Position numbers and translations under genes: made by a program | Source of the DNA: an uncultured Oscillospiraceae bacterium | GTDB taxonomy: Bacteria; Bacillota; Clostridia; Oscillospirales; Oscillospiraceae | DNA length: 64,000 bases | Direction: 5' to 3' | NCBI GenBank assembly: GCA_964644305.1 | Contig: CAZXVA010000002.1 | Span: forward strand, 4,964-68,963 | Shown here: positions 57,594-64,000 of the stretch, piece by piece | Layout of the letters: each line of letters starts with the position of its first letter | Numbering within the stretch: the stretch's first letter is position 1 | The notes under the pieces: generated by a model | Database searches by the model: none | What the model saw: only the letters and a program-made list of their open reading frames with translations | Told to the model about the DNA's origin: nothing

Positions 57594-59910
57594 CTGTTGC
57601 TTTCTTTTTCACTGTTGTTTTTGCGGCGGGCTTTTTGGCCGCCGTTTTCTTCGCGGCGGGCTTCTTCGCCGCCGTTTTTGCGGTGGTTTTGGTTTTGGCT
57701 TTCGGCTCGGCCTTGGCTTTGGTCTTGGGTTCGGCCTTGGTGTCGGTTTCGGTGTCGGCGGGGGTGTCGCCGCCGTCGGTTTCGGCGGGGGCGGCGGACT
57801 TTTTCTTGTAGCCGCGCTGATCCTCCGGGACGAACTGGGTGCAGTCCGGGTTTTCGCAGAAGGGCTTGGCGTAGCCGCGCCCGCTGCGCTTGAACATGGT
57901 TTTGCCGCAGGCGGGGCAGAAGTCCTTGGTGGGGACGTCCCACGTGATGAAGCCGCAATCCGTGCCGCGCTCACAGGCGTAAAACACATAGCCCTTTTTC
58001 GACGTGCGCTTTAATATCCTGCCGCCGCACTTGGGGCATTTGCCCGGCATCTCGACGACGATGGGCTTGGTGAAGGTGCACTCGGGGAAGTTCGGGCAGC
58101 CGAGGAAATAACCGAATTTGCTTTTTTTCACGACCATTTGAGCGCCGCAAACGTCGCAGTATTCGTCGCTCAAAACATCGGGGACTTTGATTTTGACGCC
58201 GTCGAGGGCTTTTTCGGCCGCATCGAGCTCGCCGCCGAAGTCCTTGTAAAAATCCTCGAGCACGTCGCGCCACTCGGCCTTGCCGCTTTCGATTTCATCA
58301 AGCTCGGCTTCCATGTGGTTGGTGAACTTCAAATCCACAATGTCGGCAAAATGCTCGCGCATGAGGCCGGTGACGACCTCGCCCAAGGGGGTGGGGCGGA
58401 GATATTTGCCCTCTTTGATGACATAGTCATGGGAGGTGATGGTGGATATGGTGGGGGCATAAGTGGACGGGCGGCCGATGCCCTTTTCCTCCATGGCGCG
58501 GATGAGGGTGGCCTCGGTGTAACGCGCGGGAGGCTGGGTGAACTGCTGGTCGGGCGTGAACGACGTGAGAAAAACGCGCTGACCCTCGCTGAGGCTGGGG
58601 AGAGGGTTGGCAAGCTCGGCGCTTTCCTCGTCGCGCTGCTCCTCATACACCGCAGTATAACCGGCGAATTTCAGCTCGGAATAATTGGCGCGGAAAATGT
58701 GGCCGGCGCTTTCGGTGTCGACGGAGATGTTGTCATAAACGGCGTTGGCCATTTGGCAGGCGGTGAAGCGCCCCCAAATCAGGCGATAAAGCCGATACTG
58801 CTCTTGCGTGAGATCCTTGCGCACGCTCTCGGGCGTGAGGTTGACGTCGGTGGGGCGGATGGCCTCGTGCGCGTCCTGCGCGCCGGCCTTGGTCTTGAAG
58901 CGGCGCGGCACGGCGGGGCAATACTGCGCGCCATAGCGCGCGGTGATGAACGAACGCGCGGCGGCAATGGCCTCGTCGGAAAGGCGGAGAGAGTCGGTGC
59001 GCATATAGGTGATGAGGCCGACGCTCCCCTGCCCGGCAAGCTCGACGCCCTCATAAAGCTGCTGGGCGATGGACATGGTGCGGCGCGGCGTCATGCCCAG
59101 ACGGCGGGACGCCTCCTGCTGCAAGGTGGAGGTGATGAACGGGGGCGAGGGGGATTTTTGCTTTTCGCCGCGCTTGACGGTTTTGATGATGAAGGGGGCA
59201 TTCTCCGTGGCGGAGATGACGGCGTTGACGTCGCCTTCGCTTTTGAGCTCGGCCTTTTTGTCATTGGCGCCGTAATAGCGCGCGGTGAAGGCGGCCTTGG
59301 GCGAGCCGCAGTTGAGATGCGCGTCCAAAAGCCAGTATTCCTCGCTGACGAAGGCTTTTATTTCTTCCTCGCGGTCGACGACCATGCGCGTGGCGACAGA
59401 CTGGACGCGCCCGGCGCTCAGCCCCTTTTTCACCTTGCGCCAGAGAAGCGGAGAGAGCTTATAGCCGACAATGCGGTCGAGAATGCGGCGCGCCTGCTGC
59501 GCGTCGACCAAGTCCTGATCGATGGCGCGCGGGTTTTGGATGCTCTCGGTGACGACCTTTTTGGTGATTTCATTAAAGGTGACGCGCTTGGCCTTGTCGT
59601 CATCAAGCTCCAACAGCTCTTTCAAGTGCCATGAAATGGCCTCGCCCTCGCGGTCGGGGTCGGTCGCGAGATAGACGGTGGAGGCGCTTTTGGCGTCCTT
59701 TTTCAGCTCGTTGATGAGCTCGCGCTTGTCCTTGACGGGGATATACTGCGGCTCAAAGCCGTTTTCGATGTCCACGCCGAGCTTGCTTTTGGGCAGGTCG
59801 CGCAGATGACCCATCGAGGCGCGAACCTTGTAATTCGTGCCCAAATATTTCTCTATTGTTTTAGCCTTTGCCGGGGACTCAACGATGACGAGTTCCTTTG
59901 CTTTTGCCAT
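57586..59910 (-). CDS. topA: DNA topoisomerase I with Zn-ribbon repeats and a Lys/Ala/Pro/Thr-rich C-terminal tail
   Basis: Toprim LVIVESPAKAKTIEKYLG, active-site region GLITYMRTDS, CxxC...C Zn ribbons (CDVCGAQM, CPKCGGRI, CPACGKTM), and the tail ...KAEPKTKAKAEPKAKTKTTAKTAAKKPAAKKTAAKKPAAK. Confidence 0.95.
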   Translation of the reverse strand: MAKAKELVIVESPAKAKTIEKYLGTNYKVRASMGHLRDLPKSKLGVDIENGFEPQYIPVKDKRELINELKKDAKSASTVYLATDPDREGEAISWHLKELLELDDDKAKRVTFNEITKKVVTESIQNPRAIDQDLVDAQQARRILDRIVGYKLSPLLWRKVKKGLSAGRVQSVATRMVVDREEEIKAFVSEEYWLLDAHLNCGSPKAAFTARYYGANDKKAELKSEGDVNAVISATENAPFIIKTVKRGEKQKSPSPPFITSTLQQEASRRLGMTPRRTMSIAQQLYEGVELAGQGSVGLITYMRTDSLRLSDEAIAAARSFITARYGAQYCPAVPRRFKTKAGAQDAHEAIRPTDVNLTPESVRKDLTQEQYRLYRLIWGRFTACQMANAVYDNISVDTESAGHIFRANYSELKFAGYTAVYEEQRDEESAELANPLPSLSEGQRVFLTSFTPDQQFTQPPARYTEATLIRAMEEKGIGRPSTYAPTISTITSHDYVIKEGKYLRPTPLGEVVTGLMREHFADIVDLKFTNHMEAELDEIESGKAEWRDVLEDFYKDFGGELDAAEKALDGVKIKVPDVLSDEYCDVCGAQMVVKKSKFGYFLGCPNFPECTFTKPIVVEMPGKCPKCGGRILKRTSKKGYVFYACERGTDCGFITWDVPTKDFCPACGKTMFKRSGRGYAKPFCENPDCTQFVPEDQRGYKKKSAAPAETDGGDTPADTETDTKAEPKTKAKAEPKAKTKTTAKTAAKKPAAKKTAAKKPAAKTTVKKKATDE

Positions 59911-59919
59911 TATCTTTCC

Positions 59920-61131
59920 TCATTTCCTCGCTGTATTCAATAAAAAGCGTCTGCCGGGGAGACGGCCGACAAAGCCCTTGAGCTCCAAAAAAGTGAGCTG
60001 GGCAAGCACGGTGGCGGCGTTGAAGCCGGTGCGCTCGATGATGTCATCGATATGCGTGCCGCCGGGGTCAATCGCGCCGATGATTTTCAGCTGCGTTTCA
60101 TTCAGGCCGTCAAGCTGCGCTTTCAAGTCAATATAGCCCTTGTTCTTTTGCTTGTCAATGACTTTTTTTGAATTTTTGCGTCGAGAGGGCTTGGCGGCGG
60201 ACTCATTTTCGCCCGATACGGGACGCGGAGTGGCCTTGACCTCGGCAAGCTCAGGGCGGCGGACAGAGTCCGGAAAGCGCCATTCAAACTCACTCATCAC
60301 GTCCCAGCCGTTGGTGACGAGCTTCGCCCCGTCTTTGAGCATGCCGATCGTCCCGGCGCTGTTGAAAGCGTCGGCATTGGCGGGGACGGCGAAGATTTCT
60401 TTGCCCTGCTCGGCGGCCTCGGCGATGAATAAGCGCGTCCCGCTTTTCTCCGGCGCTTCGACGGCGACCGCGCCGACGGACAGCCCCGCCGTGACGCGGT
60501 TTCTGTCGCGGAAAAAGCTGCGCTTGGGCTTGACGCCGGGCGCATACTCGCTCACCACCGCGCCCACGAGGGACACCTTGTGCGAAAGCTCGGTCAAATC
60601 GCCGTCGATGGCCGTGCCGAGGACGCCGACACAGCGCCCACCGGCGGCAAGCGCGCCCTCGGCCGCAGCGGCGTCAATGCCGTCGGTCAAGCCGGAGACG
60701 ACGATACCGCCGCACTGTACGATTTCAAAGGCAAGCTCGCGCGCCATTTTCAGCCCGTAGGGCGTTGCCCTGCGTGTGCCGACGACGGCGATGGCAGCGC
60801 TCTCGTCCAGCGGCGGTAGCTTGCCCTTGACATACAGCACCGGCGGCGGTGCAAAAATGTTTTTAAGGCGCACGGGATATGCGCGGTCTTCAAGCGTGAC
60901 AATGGCAACATCAAGCGCGTCACACTCGGCGATGATGCGCTCGCTTTCTTTGAGCGAGCGCGCTTCCAAAAGCTCGGCCTCCTGCGCGCCGACGCCGTCG
61001 GTGGCGGCGATTTCGCCCGCAGGCGCGAAAAAGGCGCGCTGCGCATCTCCGTAACGGCGCAGCAACGCCGCCTTTGCCCGCGGCGACACCGCCGCATCGG
61101 CAAGCCATATCCAATATTTCAACGCCGCCAT
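59920..61131 (-). CDS. dprA: DNA-processing protein DprA (Smf)
   Basis: Rossmann-like core ...IVVSGLTDGIDAAAAEGAL...FAVPANADAFNSAGTIGMLKDGA plus a C-terminal winged-helix-like extension. 403 aa. Confidence 0.9.
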   Translation of the reverse strand: MAALKYWIWLADAAVSPRAKAALLRRYGDAQRAFFAPAGEIAATDGVGAQEAELLEARSLKESERIIAECDALDVAIVTLEDRAYPVRLKNIFAPPPVLYVKGKLPPLDESAAIAVVGTRRATPYGLKMARELAFEIVQCGGIVVSGLTDGIDAAAAEGALAAGGRCVGVLGTAIDGDLTELSHKVSLVGAVVSEYAPGVKPKRSFFRDRNRVTAGLSVGAVAVEAPEKSGTRLFIAEAAEQGKEIFAVPANADAFNSAGTIGMLKDGAKLVTNGWDVMSEFEWRFPDSVRRPELAEVKATPRPVSGENESAAKPSRRKNSKKVIDKQKNKGYIDLKAQLDGLNETQLKIIGAIDPGGTHIDDIIERTGFNAATVLAQLTFLELKGFVGRLPGRRFLLNTARK

Positions 61132-61170
61132 TGCCGCACCTCATTTCTCTCTACTATTATATATGCCGCG

Positions 61171-61920
61171 CTATCGCGCCATTTCCCACATGATTATCGC
61201 CGCCGCGACAGCGGCGTTCAAGGACTCGCTGCACGGGCGCATGGGGATTATCACCTCGCCGGCGCACACATCGAACAACGCGCGGGAAAGCCCTCTGCCC
61301 TCGCTCCCGACGGCGACGGCGGCGTTTTTGACGTCCACCGTGCGGATATCCGAGGCTCTTTCGGACAAGGCCGCGCCGTAAAGCGGGAGGTTATTTTTAT
61401 CAAGCAGCGGGGCAAGCTCATCGAGCTTGCAGGTGACGACGCGCTGGCGGAAGATCGCGCCCATGGTGGCGCGGACGGTTTTGGGGTGATATATATCGGC
61501 GCAGTCACCCGTGAGGATGACGGCGTCAACGCCGAGGGCATTGGCCGTGCGGATGACCGTGCCGACGTTGCCGGGGTCTTGAACGGTTTCAAGGACAAGG
61601 GCGTTTTCAAGCGCCGCGTCGGCGCACGGCGTCGGCATGGCCACGGTGAAAACCGGGCCGGGGCTGTTCTTCATGGGCGAGGCATAGTCAAAAAGCTCAT
61701 CGTCGGCAAGATACTGCGCGGCGGAATCAAGCCCCGCGAGGTTCTCCGCGCCGTTGCGCCACAAAACGCTCGTGACGCGCGCGCCGGAGGATAGCGCCTC
61801 GCGCAAAAGCTTCAGGCCGTCGGCAAGGTATTCGCCGCGCTCGCGGCGATAATCCCCCTCGGCGGCGAGGCGGCGAAGTGAGCGGATATATTCATTTTTG
61901 CGTGAAGTCAGTTTTTCCAT
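61171..61920 (-). CDS. TrmH/SpoU-family RNA 2'-O-methyltransferase
   Basis: Start at ATG 61920 (MEKLTSRKNEYIRSLRRL). SpoU motifs VQDPGNVGTVIRTANALG, AVAVGSEGRGLS and IPMRPCSESLNAAVAAAIIMWE. The track ORF extension to 62280 is an Arg-rich overlap with the upstream gene. Confidence 0.88.
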   Translation of the reverse strand: MEKLTSRKNEYIRSLRRLAAEGDYRRERGEYLADGLKLLREALSSGARVTSVLWRNGAENLAGLDSAAQYLADDELFDYASPMKNSPGPVFTVAMPTPCADAALENALVLETVQDPGNVGTVIRTANALGVDAVILTGDCADIYHPKTVRATMGAIFRQRVVTCKLDELAPLLDKNNLPLYGAALSERASDIRTVDVKNAAVAVGSEGRGLSRALFDVCAGEVIIPMRPCSESLNAAVAAAIIMWEMAR

Positions 61921-63389
61921 GCACGTTTCCCGTCGGGCGCGATGCGCCCCAAGGCCGCTGCCGCCATGACAAACACGAAGGGCAGGGCAAATAATCTGTA
62001 TCTGGGCTGGATTTCGATGAAAAGATAAGCAAGAACCGTGCCGCAGAGCACCGCCGCGACACAAAGCGGCGCGACAGAGCCGCCGACCACGCGCCCGGCG
62101 GCGGACTTGCGAGCATAATGCGCGCAGGCAACGGCGGCAAAAAGATACGCCGCCGTGCGCAGGGCAAGCTCCGCGGACGCGAAGGAATAAACCATTTCCG
62201 TCACGCTGAGCGCCCCGGCGGCCATTGTCCATTCCGGGACACCGGCGAGGGTGAAGGTGGTGTCCTCCATGCTCGTCCAAAAATATTTGAGCTTTTCAAA
62301 GAAAAAGGCGGGGTGCTTCGCCGCCTCGGCAAGCTGGGCGGCGATGACGGCGCGGATGGCCGCCGTGCGCTCGGCAGGGTCGGCAATGTCGAGGAGGGAG
62401 GCATAATTCTGCGAGACAGTGCCGCCGCTTTCAAGGTCAAGGCCGACAATCAGCTTCCACTCCGGGACGGAGTTTCCAAGCCCATAGGGGGCAACGCCAA
62501 TCGCGGCGAGAATAAGCTCCGCCGCCTTTTGCACGGCGAAATACGCCAAAAGCGTGACGGCGAGGGCAAGAAGAATATGGCCGAGGCTCTTTTTCGAGGG
62601 AGTGGCGAGGAAGGCATAAAGCGCGACGCAGCACAGCGCCGCGATGACGATGGCCGCCTCCGGGCGCATGAGATTGCCCAGCGCCATGAGCGCCCCCGCC
62701 GCGGCACAGCCGAGGATTGAGCGCGCCTCGATGAGCACGACAAGCGCGAGGAGAATGAAAAAGAGCGAAATATGCTGATTGGTGAGGACAGATGAATACA
62801 TGACAAACGCCGGGCACACCGCGGCGAAAAGCGCCGCGCCGAGGGCGGAATAATCCCCGGCAAAGGCGCGGGTGAGGCGAAAAACGAGATACACCGTGCC
62901 GACGCCCCACACGACGTTCAACAGCTTCAGCGCGGCCACGGAGTGCGTCAGCTTGATGACGGCGGCCTCATAAAGCACAAAGGGGATTTGATAGCGCCAC
63001 CAGGCAAAATAACCCTCGGTGACGTTTGCCCATGAAAAATCGCCGTTCGCGGCGGCCTCGGCGGAAGAATAAAGCAGGGCGAAATCGCTCACGGGCTCGC
63101 TGGGCACAGTGAAAACATACCACACGCGCACAGCCGCCGCCACGGCGAGAATCGCCGCGAGCGCCGCCCTTTTACTTGGCACGCGCCACAGCACACAGCA
63201 CAGCGCCACAAAAAGCACAGCGGTCAAAAGCGCGGTGAGCACGGACGAGGGCGAAGAACACAGCCGCACGGCGCACAGCGCGCCCACAACGGCGAAAAAG
63301 AGCGCGGCGAGGCCATATACCGCCGCCCCGATATATCTGCCGGCGGCGTTTATGCGCGGGGGCAGGTCAAATGCAGCGTGGTGCCTCAT
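61908..63389 (-). CDS. Polytopic membrane protein, candidate GT-C (ArnT/PMT-like) glycosyltransferase
   Basis: About 12 hydrophobic segments. ATG 63389 follows AAAGGAGAG. The general layout resembles the GT39/GT83 families; the assignment comes from topology and composition only. Confidence 0.6.
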   Translation of the reverse strand: MRHHAAFDLPPRINAAGRYIGAAVYGLAALFFAVVGALCAVRLCSSPSSVLTALLTAVLFVALCCVLWRVPSKRAALAAILAVAAAVRVWYVFTVPSEPVSDFALLYSSAEAAANGDFSWANVTEGYFAWWRYQIPFVLYEAAVIKLTHSVAALKLLNVVWGVGTVYLVFRLTRAFAGDYSALGAALFAAVCPAFVMYSSVLTNQHISLFFILLALVVLIEARSILGCAAAGALMALGNLMRPEAAIVIAALCCVALYAFLATPSKKSLGHILLALAVTLLAYFAVQKAAELILAAIGVAPYGLGNSVPEWKLIVGLDLESGGTVSQNYASLLDIADPAERTAAIRAVIAAQLAEAAKHPAFFFEKLKYFWTSMEDTTFTLAGVPEWTMAAGALSVTEMVYSFASAELALRTAAYLFAAVACAHYARKSAAGRVVGGSVAPLCVAAVLCGTVLAYLFIEIQPRYRLFALPFVFVMAAAALGRIAPDGKRAWKN

Positions 63390-63418
63390 TCGCACTCTCC
63401 TTTCGTTGTTATCACGTT

Positions 63419-64000
63419 TTAATTATCAAGCAAGATGTCCGCAATGCGTTCGGCGGCGTGGCCGTCGCCGTAGGGGTTGGCCGCGACGGACATGGCGCGG
63501 TAAGCCGTTTCATCCGTCAAAAGGCGGTTGAACTCATTATAAATGGTCTCTTCATCCGTGCCGACGAGGCGGAGTGTCCCGGCGGCGATGCCCTCCGGGC
63601 GCTCGGTGGTGTCGCGCATGACGAGGACGGGCTTGCCAAGGGCGGGCGCTTCTTCCTGAATGCCGCCGCTGTCGGTGAGTATGAGGTGGCAGCGCGCCAT
63701 GAAATTGTGAAAGTCCAGCACGTCGAGGGGCTCAATGATGTGGATGCGGTCACAGCCGCCCAGCTCCTCATCCGCCGCGCGGCGCACGACGGGGTTCATG
63801 TGGATGGGGTAAACGGCCTTGACGTCCGGGTGCTGCTCGACAATGCGGCGAATGGCGCGGAACATATGGTGCATCGGCTCGCCCAGGTTTTCGCGGCGGT
63901 GCGCCGTGATGACGATGAGGCGGCTGCCGGCCGCCCAGTCAAGCTCCGGGTGGGTGTAATCGGCGCGGACGGTGGTTTTCAAGGCGTCGATGGCGGTGTT
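63419..64000 (-). CDS. wecB: UDP-N-acetylglucosamine 2-epimerase (non-hydrolysing), C-terminal part; the N-terminus lies beyond the window end
   Basis: ...HRRENLGEPM..., DSGGIQEEAPALGKPVLVMRDTTERPE, NPYGDGHAAERI. Confidence 0.9.
   Translation of the reverse strand, partial: NTAIDALKTTVRADYTHPELDWAAGSRLIVITAHRRENLGEPMHHMFRAIRRIVEQHPDVKAVYPIHMNPVVRRAADEELGGCDRIHIIEPLDVLDFHNFMARCHLILTDSGGIQEEAPALGKPVLVMRDTTERPEGIAAGTLRLVGTDEETIYNEFNRLLTDETAYRAMSVAANPYGDGHAAERIADILLDN

Noticed and set aside
61921-62280. N-terminal extension of the TrmH-family ORF (track ORF 61171..62280).
   Set aside because: The extension is Arg/Cys/Gly-rich and lies in an alternative frame of the upstream membrane-protein gene. 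A canonical start, MEKLTSRKNEY, is at 61920.

Overview
High-GC (roughly 60-65% by eye) chromosomal window with Firmicutes/Clostridia-type gene content; all family names below come from motif reading, not database searches. Left edge (1-7.5 kb): partial MBOAT acyltransferase, a structured non-coding gap, DUF1292, a PBP1A-type penicillin-binding protein, an SH3b/NlpC-P60 wall hydrolase, a PNPOx-like protein and the initiator tRNA-fMet. Right 24 kb (39.9-64 kb) is an almost unbroken minus-strand housekeeping block: tatD, cls (plus strand), WbaP-like sugar-phosphate transferase, rpsU, leuS, rsfS, nadD-yqeK fusion, yhbY, rdgB, ftsY, smc, radical SAM, rnc, plsX, trmFO, topA, dprA, TrmH-family methyltransferase, GT-C-like membrane protein, wecB. 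The centre is the striking part. One stop-free minus-strand ORF of 27,672 nt (8701..36372, 9,223 aa, 43% of the window) encodes a signal-peptide-bearing, mostly beta-solenoid-like giant fibre protein with several embedded non-repeat modules and no recognisable wall anchor. Immediately upstream and co-directional lie a membrane-anchored TPR protein, a dual-HTH LuxR-type regulator with its own consensus promoter, a small orphan beta-sandwich-like ORF and an AT-rich block of three ~40-bp direct repeats. The segment between tRNA-fMet and tatD also carries a toxin-antitoxin pair whose toxin is inactivated by a 5-bp tandem duplication; a second decayed TA remnant follows cls. The many long plus-strand ORFs inside the giant gene are antisense shadows.
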